From Mizuhopecten yessoensis (lineage: Eukaryota), in the NCBI RefSeq assembly GCF_002113885.1, contig NW_018408895.1, positions 719,724-783,723 of the forward strand: a DNA stretch of 64,000 nt. The letters are read 5' to 3'. The notes under the pieces were generated by a model. That model saw only the letters and a list, made by a program, of their open reading frames with translations. It did not search any database and had not been told where the DNA came from. Both the position numbers and the translations under genes were made by a program. Shown here piece after piece: positions 1 through 12,600 of the stretch. Numbering within the stretch: the first letter of the stretch is position 1; each line of letters begins with the position of its first letter.

Positions 1-391
1 CAGCAATAGTAAAAATATTCAATAATTTATACATGTGTTTAGTATTTTTGTATTTTTTTTGTTACATTTTTTCGTGATCAAATACGTTTATAGTACAGTA
101 CCATTTAAGAAAACAAATTCTGTTACTTACATAAACATGTATCATCAACTTTAAAACTGACTGAGTATTCCAGCCAGTTGTCACACTGTTCAGCGAGTTT
201 CAAGGGGGTGGAGTTTGTGTGGCAGATTGATATTTCAAAATCCAGCCACTTTTGGTTGAAATGAAGTGGTTTGATTTTCGAGGATGGAATATATATGAAA
301 CCCCTTTATTAATATACTTTTAAGCTCAAAACACATACAATATAGTATGAACTTTACAGTGAGACACATAATCTAATGCATACAACTATTA

Positions 392-609
392 TACTGTTAA
401 CGTACATATTTTAGCGGTATTCTAATTTTAGCGCGTTTTGCTCTTTAAACATGGCACTCATATATGACTGCGCTAACTGAAATTTCTGTATGCATGTATA
501 TTGTTTTATTGCATATCTTGTGAGTGCGCCAATTCATCGATGCGCTAACCGGTTAAAGTTAGTTAATACGCTAAAATATGTGACTGCTAAAATAAGTACT
601 TTTACCGTA
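392..609. mobile_element. Small MITE with ~27-bp imperfect terminal inverted repeats, TA ends
   Basis: Left end tactgttaacgtacatattttagcggt; reverse complement of right end tacggtaaaagtacttattttagcagt; no coding capacity. Confidence 0.65.
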
Positions 610-2255
610 TCAAAGATGGCTATAGAGTGAAAACTTTCGATTTAAAAATGGATTCCGTTTGATTTTCGAAAATAGTAAGATATTTAAACGTATAAAACGT
701 TGTAGATTTATTTCCAGTTTCAAAACAGGTTAAAATAATATAACCAATCATATACCAAATAAAGACAAAACTTACAGTCCTTCAAGAACGGAGGTTAAAA
801 ATACTACATCGCAACGAAATCACTTCAAAATATCATGTTATTCGTATACTACAGATATATATTAATAAGCTTTCAACGTAAAAATCGCGAAAAAAATGTT
901 AAGAAATATTGAAAATCAGCGGAGCCTTCATATAATGTTTCGGTTTTGAAGTGACTATGACTTTTCATTAAAAACTTGATTTCATTATGTAATGGTTTAG
1001 AATCAATTCTTGTCCAGGTGCGACTTTGTTTCACATTTCGAGCTTATACTAGTAATTGATGAAACCACGTTTCCGACGAGATGCTTCACAACACCACGGA
1101 GTGGTGTAGGAGACTTCCGGAGTAGACCCTCGCAATAACTGGCGCTTGATGGATCCAAGTTCTTGAGTTCACTTGCATACCATCGCATCACTCAAGGTTG
1201 TTAACCCGGAATGGCCCTGGTCTTACATCATTGACAGAGCCCTTGTCTGTTACCAATTATAGGCCCCATCTGAAAAATCGTACTAACGGTTATTTAAGCG
1301 TGTGATTTTTACCTGGGACCAATTATGCATGTAACCTACAATTTCAAGAAAACCTCTATTAAAATTCAATAAAACATAAGTATACGGCTTTATCATGAAA
1401 GAAGTTGAATCAGAAAATATCAAGTGGACAACATACAGTCAGAACAGGAAAGAGTATGTAAGAAAGAAGAGATAAGATAAGGGCCCAAATGTTGCAATTT
1501 GGGAAGATCGAGTTTGTTTTCTCCAATGCTAGTTAGTAGCGGCACGAGTTGGTACGGTACCTGCGAAACCACAATCAAATGACGTATTTGAGAGAAATTC
1601 GGGTGTCAACGATTAAGGAAACACGTACTTTTAGACCAGGCGAACAATTACAGTTCTTTTTCACCAGCTAAAAAGCTGTGGCGGATAACTGCCCATATTT
1701 CCCAAAGTCGGCATTTATGAACTTATAGAATGTCGCTCAATAATCGGGACAATCAAAGTTTGGGTAATCAGCAAAGTGTTACTAAAAGCAATTTAGCATG
1801 CAGTCCGTAAAAACATCCTTTATTTAGTATATAATGGAAAATGAAAATATTAACTAAATTTTCTTTTACAATGTAGTCATCTCTGGTGATACACATACCA
1901 TCACGTCACCTACCAAACTTATACATGTAACGCGTATTGACAGACGTAACGTGGCTAGTGCCTTTGACCAACAGAAATATCGAACTGTATGCACTGACGC
2001 CGGGATGGCACAAATCAAGTGTACCACTTTTTAGAACATTTTCAAAATATGCCATATTCAGAATATATCCGTAATTTCTATAATTTCAAGTTTCATGGAA
2101 TTCTAAACGTACCAATGGTACCTAACTCTAAAACGAAAGTAGATTTGCAAGTATGTAAGCGACAACTAAGAAATGTCAACATCCGGTTGGTGAAAAGGTG
2201 GAATGGAAACACAACGAGATTCTGACATACTGTGATTATTGTCTCTCTTGTCGGG

Positions 2256-3286
2256 ATGTGGGTGTACGGATACGGTTCACTCATCTGGAAGGTAGACTTC
2301 CCCTTTAAACGTAAACTAGTTGGCTACATCGAAGGCTACCAACGCAGGTTCTGGCAGGGGAGCACAGACCACAGGGGTGTGCCAGGCAAGGTGACTATTG
2401 TCTAGTATTAATGTAAGAAGTGAACCTGTGACAGTAATTAACATGATGCACATGTCTTTAACTAATAGCTAAAATGGAAATCTTTATTCAAATTAATATT
2501 CATATGAACTCTTGGTGTGATGGTCTCCTGTTGATTTCTATTAATATTTTACAAGTTAAAAGATATGAAGCATTTTGATTATTTTTCTAGTAACAAAGAG
2601 GTTCTGAACTTTCCATAATAACCAACAACCAGTACTATGTTGTTTTCATCAACACTTAAAGAATATGTATCCAATCTATTTCAGCCTGGTCGAGTAGTAA
2701 CCCTTGTGAAGGCTTCAGAAGAGTCAAAGGTATTTATAATAAAGATTTAAAAAGTATGATTACTTTTTAAATATTTGACTACATATGGGGCCAAATAGGG
2801 CCCGATATATTTACAAGAATACTTTTAAAATCTGGGTTTGAGACAACAATTTTTGATAATTCAATCATTGTTTTTATGAAAAACTCATGCAATTTCTTCT
2901 TGAAGGAGAAAGTCTGGGGTGTGGCCTATGAGATCTCTGTGGAGGAGGAGAGTAAGGTCAGACAGCACTTGGACTTCAGAGAGAAAGAAGGTTACACTCT
3001 AGCCATGGTCAAGTTTCATCCTGAGAATACACAGGAACAACCAATAGATCTTCAGTTGTATCTAGCCACAGAAGAAAATTTTAATTACTTGGGACCTGCT
3101 CCTATTGATGAGATTGCCAAACAAGTGATTGTGTCTGTTGGTCCGAGTGGAAAAAATGTTGACTATGTATTGAATCTCGCTCAAGCCATGAGGTCTATAG
3201 CACCAGGTAGGGAGGACCCCCATTTGTATGAACTGGAAAAAGAGATCAAATTTCAACAAAAGAGTATGGGTAGCCATATACCGTAA
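2256..3286 (+). CDS. CHAC2: Glutathione-specific gamma-glutamylcyclotransferase, ChaC family (CHAC2-like), 3 exons, 186 aa
   Basis: Exons 2256-2390, 2685-2729, 2906-3286, GT-AG, phase 0. Translation [17 protein letters not shown]...[23 protein letters not shown].../EKVWGVAY...LDFREKEGY...GPSGKNVDY has the ChaC motifs and the CHAC2-type start with no N-terminal extension. Confidence 0.95.
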
Positions 3287-3911
3287 GTGACAAACTTGCC
3301 AGTATGGAGATTTTGTAGAATAGACAAACTTATACTTTTCTGATTTTAATGAATCTCGTTTCCAAGCAGTTCTACACTGGGTTTAATATTCATTAAAACT
3401 ATATGCTTAAATTATTGAATTAATTGGTATATATCTTAGATGTTCATGTATTTGCTCTCAGCTAAATGGAAGTCTTTAGATGATTTATAAATACTCCTGA
3501 TATGTATTCTATACAAGGTACCAGATGTTAGCCTTGTTTCTGTAGTGCTATAATAGTAGATAGATACAGCAAATTTTCTCTTGATGGATGTACTAGCCTA
3601 TCATATTATTAGAGCCTTAAAATGTATAAAAACTGTATCTGGATACAAAATAGTTAAATATTCCTGTATAACTTCGACACAAATTAACTGGTTTAAAGAA
3701 CTGTTTCTAAAATGCAATACTCTCGTTCAGGTTTTTCAATATTTAAGTAGGTTGGACTTAAAAGGGTTAAAAATGAGACAAGTTCATTGATGAAAACATT
3801 GTAGCATGTTGGATATATTTGGAGTCAAACAAGTACCAGGTTGTGTAAAATCGTCATCAGTAAACTGGAGTGTATATGATTGTAGTGGAACTGGACTCGG
3901 TTGATGGTTGG

Positions 3912-3999
3912 CAACCAGGTAGCTCAATTGGTAGAGTTTAGAGGCTCATGGGTTTGAACCCCGATCTGGCCACACATCGTTTTCTATCTCCTGTTACAT
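3912..3999 (+). mobile_element. Degenerate tRNA-derived short element (SINE-like relic)
   Basis: A-box-like ggtagctcaattggtagag and B-box-like gggtttgaacccc, but the anticodon arm is missing and there is no acceptor stem. Confidence 0.5.
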
Positions 4000-6231
4000 A
4001 ATATAACCATGTAGGCATTTTATTTTTGTACACTTTTGTACTATGACAAGTGTCAGAATATATATTTTTGTCAAATACCTCGTATTAGTGCTGTTGTCAT
4101 TCCGAGCAAGTATTATGGTGTAATGCAATACTTTGCGAAATTATATAATAATGCTTTCACCTTTGTATTACTGAAATCGATATTCATTCGATATTCATAC
4201 TAAGGATGAATAATGACATCTTTGTTTGATATCTACTTTGAGATAATTTAGAGTATAAAAATTAAAAATAAAGAATCAATGTGGCATCGTTTATTTAATA
4301 ATGTTTACAATTCCATATGTTTACAAAAGTAAAATGCAGAATACACATTCTTGTTAGAAGAATTTGCATAGTTTTGTTTATGAAATGAAATAAAACCCTT
4401 GACATCAAATGTGTGTATTTGTTCTACTGATTTTATTGAACACTTCACATGAAGACTTAATAGAATGTTATGTCGTAACAGAAAGCATTCTGCAGATAAT
4501 ACATGACATGAACATACTCTAAAATTTGAATAATGAAAATCAATCTTGACCAAATGTTTTTGACATATTTCCAGATTTATTTTGAAATGTCTGAGGATAC
4601 CAAACCACAAACAATGGCGTAAAAAATCTACAAGCACAGGGTCATGGCACTTTCCTTATCCCATGGCCCATATGCAGTATATGCATTTGTATAATACAGA
4701 CCACATAGGTAGCAGAGTACAGTAGAAATGGCCTGATTCTAAAAATAAAGGGCATGTCTCAGATAAACATGGATAGTGAATTCAACCTGCACAGCACACA
4801 TTTTGTATACATTTTGTTTAGAAGACTGAACTTTTTTTCAAAAACTGTTTTCCCCAAATTTGGGACTTGTGAAAACCATGGTTACCACATCAAAAAAACA
4901 ACAAAAAATACAAATTAATATTATTTTTAACCCATAATTTGACCCCTCAAGGTTTTTTTTCTTTTCTTAAAACCTGTCTGAAATTTAATATCGCCTACCC
5001 GGTAACAGAAATACTCACGTTTTGGCATATGTCATTCCAGTGGATTTTTCACAATATTTACACATGTTCTGATTACAAAAATAGACTACATGAAAAGCTA
5101 GTTTTTGTTGTGTATACACAGATTTGTAAATGCCCAAAACTTTAGTCTCAAACCAAATTCGATTTTTTGTTTTAAAATTATTAAGCCCACATAGTCCACT
5201 TCATCATATACATGCCAATTTTAGTGCTGATTTTTTTTATTTTTTTTATACATGTAATATTACAGGGGTTGTTCATTGTATAAAAATATAACCCATGGCC
5301 ATCGTACGCTACTGTACACTGCTACCATAGAGGTAGGGATCTGTGCCAGGCCCATGTGCCTATGAGAAAATGAAATAGCCTCTGAATCATCAAAGGGCAA
5401 ATAATGTATACTGAGAAACTGAAGCTCAGTCAAACTCTCACCTTTCACTAGTACAATCCACATTTTCCCACTGTTAACTTTGCCCTTGATATATAATTTC
5501 TCTGTATGTTGCATACTAATAGTATTTGCTGCCAGGATAAATTTTCCCTCACTACAGAGGTAGAAAAAGGTGAAACTTAACTGTGGTAAAAAAAACACCT
5601 GGTTTACAGTAGCAGGGAAACCGTATTTTGGTGAATTGTTCTTCTTGGCGATCTAAATCAAATTACACAAAAAGAAGGCAAAAAAGAGGTTTAGAGACTA
5701 AAATCAGTAGGCTAACGGGACTAGTGTCTTACATATCAAGTCAGCACTTCCTCGTTATCTTTCATATACACTAGATTAAAGTTCAACACAGTAATCCAGA
5801 TTAAAGAAGGGACTCTTAACTTGAAAATATAATACCAAACTGTTCTTACAACAATGGCAACAGGCAATATGATAAACATTCCTTTACATACTGATGAGCA
5901 CTGAAACAGCACAATTGGGACAGGGTATCGCCCATAGATACAAAATACAATACAGAACAAAAACAATATAGCGGTATAAAGCAGACTACTTAATAATGTT
6001 ACAGGCATGTTCTTGCAGATACAAAGTGTAACCAGATCTCAATTTCCTAATTATACACTAACATAGAATATTGTTCTTGGAATTTTGACAGGGTTACAAT
6101 ATGACTAGTTATTACACAAATCAGTAATATTCATACACATCATCACTGTACTCATAGATTGGTGTCAGAACAGTAATACAGGGGTTGTTAGACTTATATA
6201 GAAGCAAAGCAGTCTGAAATATCACATCAGA

Positions 6232-6580
6232 AGGCACGGTAGTCTAGTGGTATGACACCAGGTTCGTAACTAAAGGGTTGCGGGTTCAAGTCTCGGCAGA
6301 CACTGTGTTGTATCTTTGAGCAAGATACTTTACTCCGCTTGTTCCAGTCTTCTCAGCTGTAAATGAGTACGTGGTTGGGCAGTGCTAGAACTGTTGAATG
6401 CTAGCTGTTAGCGCCGAAATGGCAGCTCCGGCTGTATAATACCCAGGGAGTTGAGAAAGGTACTGGCTGGTTACAAAGGCCCTATGACCATGGATAATAA
6501 TTTGTGAACCGCTTTGAGACAACCTACAAACTAGGTTGTGATAAAGCGGTATATAAGAACCTCAAAAATTATTATTACTA
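6232..6580 (+). mobile_element. Near full-length tRNA-derived CORE-type SINE
   Basis: A box tagtctagtggta, B box ggttcaagtct, CORE-like block ctttgagcaagatactttac...cagctgtaaatgagtac, (TTA)n tail. Further copies at 33030-33135 and 45237-45550. Confidence 0.85.
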
Positions 6581-6646
6581 ATTATCTATTTTACCTCCTG
6601 ATTCACCAAAGCAATACTCATTCAGGTTATCAACACATTTTGGGTA

Positions 6647-9600
6647 TCAACTTAGATCCTTCCTCATCCAGGATATATTTCTAGGGTCCCATTTCACAAT
6701 CTCTGGTTTACCCAGCACAGTTTTCGCCGTAGTAGGAGGGGGTGGTGGAGGTAGTGGGGCATAAGAAGGAGGTGGAGGAGGAGGTGGAGGTAGTGGGGCA
6801 GTAGTAGGAGGAGGTGGAGGGGGTGGGGATGGGGATGGTAGGTTTGTCTGGTGTAACTCTGATAACGCATTATTCTGTTTGTCTGATGTTTCTTGTTCCT
6901 TTTCCTGAGGTCTCAAAGTTGTAGCTGTCAGCTGTTTTATCTGAATAACAAAAAAGGAGTTCTTATTAAAAACAAATTATGGCCAGCAGTTGTTATAACA
7001 GAACACTGAAATATCATTAGTATTATATTATAATGTATAAGGATAAAAAAAAAAGATAAAAAAACAACATTTTACTATTTCATTTCATTAAAATACTTTT
7101 TCCAACCATAAATCACAATTTAAAAGAAAACACAAAAACCTTAAAATGTATCCTTGACATGAAAAAATATATATGATAAAAACCTTTTTAAAACAAGAGG
7201 CCCAGAGGGCCTGTATCACTCACCTGTTTCTTTTGTTACATGAAATTGACATATAGGTAACTTCAGACCAAATTTGGTAACTAGAACACAAGACATCTTA
7301 ACATCTCTTAAATGGTTCTGAAGATATTGTTGTTTGAAACTTGAAATTTCAATTTTAAAGCTTTTAACCCATATTGACCTTTGACTTCCGACTTGCACTT
7401 AAAGTTGACCTTTGATCTCATTACTGTAATAAAGAAAACAATTCACACAGCTGGTCTACATAACATACCCAAGTATCATGACTCTAGTCCAAATGGTTCT
7501 TAGGAAGTTTTTAACATATTTGACCCCAGTGACCTTGAAAGTAGGTCAAGGTCGTTTTAATGAGGAAACTTTATAGCAATCAATCCCAGGTACCTACTGC
7601 CCAAATATCATGACCCTGGGCCTAATGGAACTTGAGAAGAAGATTGTTAAATCTTTTAACCAAAGTTGACATTTGACCCCTGACTAGCATTTAAAGTTGA
7701 CCTTTGACCTCATAACTGTAATTAAAAAAAAAATTGCACTGCTGGTCTACATAACATACCCGAGTATCATGACTGTAGTTCAAATAGTTCTTAGGATATT
7801 GTTGTTTGAAATTTTTCACATATTTGACCGCTGTGACCTTGAAAGTAGGTCAAAGTCATTTTAATGAGGAAACTTTATAGCACTCCATCCCAGGTACCTA
7901 CTGGCCAAAAGTCGTTCAAAAGAAAAAGTTGACGGACAGACGACGGACTATGGACGCCGCAGTACGGCATACGCTCACATGGCCCTTCGGGCCAGGTGAG
8001 CTAAAAATATAATAAGAATCATCTCCTTTTGTTAACTGTAAAACTGATTCATCCTGCTAACAGTTACACAATATAAACCAAACCCAAATATTAATACTCG
8101 CGTGCTTTGTGTATGACATGGACATCATAACACTGATTTATAGAGTGGAAAGTGATTAACATCTACAGGAACTGTACCTTAGTCTATAAGATCATCAATA
8201 CATAGTAAGTAACATCTACAGGGAACTGTAACTTAGTCTATAAGATCATCAATACAATGGTAAGTAACATCTCCAGGGAACTGTACCTTAGTCTATAAGA
8301 TCATCAATAGAATGGTCAGGAACATCTACAGGGAACTGTACCTTAGTCTATAAAATCATCAATACAATGGTAAGTACCATCTACAGGCAACTGTACCTTA
8401 GTCTATAAGATCATCAATACCATGGTAAGTAACATATACAGGGAACTGTACCTTAGTCTATAAGATCATCAATACATAGTAAGTACCATATACAGGGAAC
8501 TGTACCTTAGTCTATAAGATCAGCAATACAAAGGGCAGGAACATCTACAGGGAACTTTACCTTAGTCTATAAGATCATCAATACAATGGAAAGTAACATA
8601 TACAGGGAACTGTACCTTAGTCTAAAAGATCATCAATACAATGGTAAGTACCATCTACAGGGAACTACACCTTAGTCTATAAGATCATCAATACCATGGT
8701 AAGTAACATCTACAGGGAACTGTACCTTAGTCTATAAAATCATCAATACAATGGTAAGTACCACCTACAGGGAACTATACCTTAGTCTATAAGATCATCA
8801 ATACATAGTAAGTACCATCTACAGGGAACTGTACCTTAGTATATAAGATCATCAATACAATGGTAAGTAACATATACAGGGAACTGTTCCTTAGTCTAAA
8901 AGATCATCAATACCATGGTAAGTACCATCTACAGGGAACGGTACCTTAGTCTATACGATCATCAATACATAGTAAGTACCATCTACAGGGAACGGTACCT
9001 TAGTCTATAAGCTCATCAATACATAGTAAGTAACATCTACAGGGAACTGTAACTTAGTCTATAAGATCATCAATACAATGGTAAGTAACCTCTACAGGGA
9101 ACTGTACCTTAGTCTATAAGATCAGCAATACAAAGGGCAGGAACATCTACAGGGAACTTTACCTTAGTCTATAAGATCATCAATACAATGGTCAGGAACA
9201 TATACAGGGAACTGTACCTTAGTCTATAAGATCAGCAATACAAAGGGCAGGAACATCTACAGGGAACTTTACCTTAGTCTATAAGATCATCAATACAATG
9301 GTTAGTAACATCTACAGGGAACTGTACCTTAGTCTATAAGATCATCAATACAATGGTAAGTACCACCTACAGGGAACTATACCTTAGTCTATAAGATCAT
9401 CAATACAATGGTAAGTAACATATACAGGGAACTGTTCCTTAGTCTAAAAGATCATCAATACCATGGTAAGTACCATCTACAGGGAACGGTACCTTAGTCT
9501 ATAAGATCATCAATACAATGGTCAGGAACATATACAGGGAACTGTACCTTAGTCTAAAAGATCATCAATACCATGGTAAGTACCATCTACAGGGAACGGT

Positions 9601-12600
9601 ACCTTAGTCTATAAGATCATCAATACAATGACCATTATACCTAAACCATTCATCATAATTAAACAATGATAGAAGAAATTTATAAATTTGATACCAATAT
9701 CAAAGGGAAAAGCTAAACCTTACTAAACAGTCTGGTATAAGTTTCGGATCTGCACCAAAGCTGATGACTGGATCACAGAAGTTGTAGTTTAGGTGTTTAT
9801 AGAAGTCCTGTTTATCGTGTGTCGTCAAGTACATGGTGCAGTAACCGCAACTGTAAACAGAGATAAAACAAAGTCTATAAATACAGGTGTTTATATAAGT
9901 CCTGTTTATCTTGTGTCGTCAAGTACATGGTGCCGTAACCGCGGCTGTAAACAGAGATAAAACATAGTCTATAAATACAGGTGTTTATAGAAGTCCTGTT
10001 TATCGTGTGTCGTCTAGTACATGGTGCAGTAACCACCACTGTAAACAGAGATAAAACAAAGTCTATAAATACAGGTGTTTATAGAAGTCCTGTTTATCAT
10101 GTGTCGTCAAGTACATGGTGCTGTAACCGCGACTGTAAACAGAGATAAAACATAGTCTATAAATACAGGTGTTTATAGAAGTACTGTTTATCGTGTGTCG
10201 TCAAGTACATGGTGCAGTAACCGCGACTGTAAACAGAGATAAAACAAAGTCTATAAATACAGGTGTTTATAGAAGTCCTGTTTATCGTGTGTCGTCAAGT
10301 ACATGGTGCAGTAACCGCGGCTGTAAACAGAGATAAAACAAAGTCTATAAATACAGGTGTTTATAGAAGTCCTGTTTATCGTGTGTCGTCAAGTACATGG
10401 TGCTGTAACCGCGGCTGTAAACAGAGATAAAACATAGTCTATAAATACAGGTGTTTATAGAAGTCCTGTTTATCGTGTGTCGTCAAGTACATGGTGCCGT
10501 AACCGCGACTGTAAACAGAGATAAAACAAAGTCTATAAATACAGGTGTTTATAGAAGTCCTGTTTATCGTGTGTCGTCAAGTACATGGTGCCGTAACCGC
10601 GACTGTAAACAGAGATAAAACAAAGTCTATAAATACAGGTGTTTATAGAAGTCCTGTTTATCGTGTGTCGTCAAGTACATGGTGCCGTAACCGCGACTGT
10701 AAACAGAGATAAAACAAAGTCTATAAATACAGGTGTTTATAGAAGTCCTGTTTATCGTGTGTCGTCAAGTACATGGTGCAGTAACCGCGACTGTAAACAG
10801 AGATAAAACAAAGTCTATAAATACAGGTGTTTATAGAAGTCCTGTTTATCGTGTGTCGTCAAGTACATGGTGCAGTAACCGCGGCTGTAAACAGAGATAA
10901 AACAAAGTCTATAAATACAGGTGTTTATAGAAGTCCTGTTTATCGTGTGTCGTCAAGTACATGGTGCCGTAACCGCGACTGTAAACAGAGATAAAACAAA
11001 GTCTATAAATACAGGTGTTTATAGAAGTCCTGTTTATCATGTGTCGTCAAGTACATGGTGCAGTAACCGCGACTGTAAACAGAGATAAAACAAAGTCTAT
11101 AAATACAGGTGTTTATAGAAGTCCTGTTTATCATGTGTCATCAAGTACATGGTGCAGTAACCGCGACTGTAAACAGAGATAAAACATAGTCTATAAATAC
11201 AGGTGTTTATAGAAGTACTGTTTATCGTGTGTCGTCAAGTACATGGTGCAGTAACCGCGACTGTAAACAGAGATAAAACATAGTCTATAAATACAGGTGT
11301 TTATAGAATTCCTGTTTATCATGTGTCGTCAAGTACATGGTGCAGTAACCACGACTGTAAACTGAGATAAAACAAAGTCTATAAATACAGGTTTTTATAG
11401 AAGTCCTGTTTATCATGTGTCATCAAGTACATGGTGCAGTAACCGCGACTGTAAACAGAGATAAAACATAGTCTATAAATACAGGTGTTTATAGAAGTCC
11501 TGTTTATCGTGTGTCGTCAAGTACATGGTGCAGTAATCGCGACTGTAAACAGAGATCATCACATATAACAAAGTTTATTTAAACTTTACTGAAATATTAC
11601 TGGTAGCATAAAATGATATGTCAACAATACATAGTTATGATGTGTCTGTTGTCTTACTCATTTCATGTAATACAACAAGTATTCAATACACAATTAGGAA
11701 TTAGCATTAAATGGTAAAGGCTTAATTTTCTATTCACAGAAAAAAGATTTTAAGTAATACTAGTAAGAAATGAATATAGTTAAGAAACTACAAACCTTTT
11801 GGCAAACTTTTCTGCCTCATCCATGATAGCTCTCCCATATCCTTTTCCCCTTAGGTTCTTTCTCACACATACTGTTATTTATAGAGATGATGGTAAAATT
11901 TCATAACCATGTCACTAACACGGAGTATGTTATAATCAACTTTATTTCATGAGGATTAAAAACCTGCTTAGCTGACATGTAATAACAATCATATGACAAA
12001 TATAACAACATACTACCCGGTTTCCAGTGGGAATAAATTTCTTTGCACGATTCATTAATAATAATCTTAGCATTTTCATTTATTACCATGCCAGTAATTG
12101 CTTTGAAGTCGTTAGTTGTGATTTCAATGATTTGTTTCAAAATATACATATTAACTTTTTGCACATTTAGGAAAGGTTTTGTGCAGCAATAAAAATATTA
12201 ATAAACATATCAGAAACTCTGAGTGACGAATAGCATGCTGGGACACTCCATTACCAGAATACATAATGGTTTATCATTATAGGATCAGTTTCAAAATAAT
12301 GATTTTTTTTCTCTATTTTGCAATGTCACAAATACAAATATATTTACCTTCTTACCTTTATTATGAAAAGTTCTTTTTACACAACCAATAAAATTTGTTA
12401 TGTGACGTATATGGCCAGTGAAGCGTATGCACACAAAGGTGTAAAATGTGTACGAGTTGTCTACAAAGCGTAGCTGAATCGAGTCATTCCGGTACATATA
12501 TAACAACTATTGTACATACGCTTACAGTGTAGCCGAAATCTACATCGATTTTGGGGACAACTCGTACACATGTTACACCTTTGAGTGCATACGCTTCACT

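Noticed and set aside
3912-3975. tRNA gene
   Set aside because: Anticodon arm missing; cannot form a cloverleaf.
6232-6300. tRNA gene
   Set aside because: A and B boxes are present but there is no closing acceptor stem; it continues into a SINE body with other copies.
8158-11556. CRISPR-like appearance of the regular arrays
   Set aside because: Head-to-tail repeats without unique spacers, no cas genes, eukaryotic intron context.
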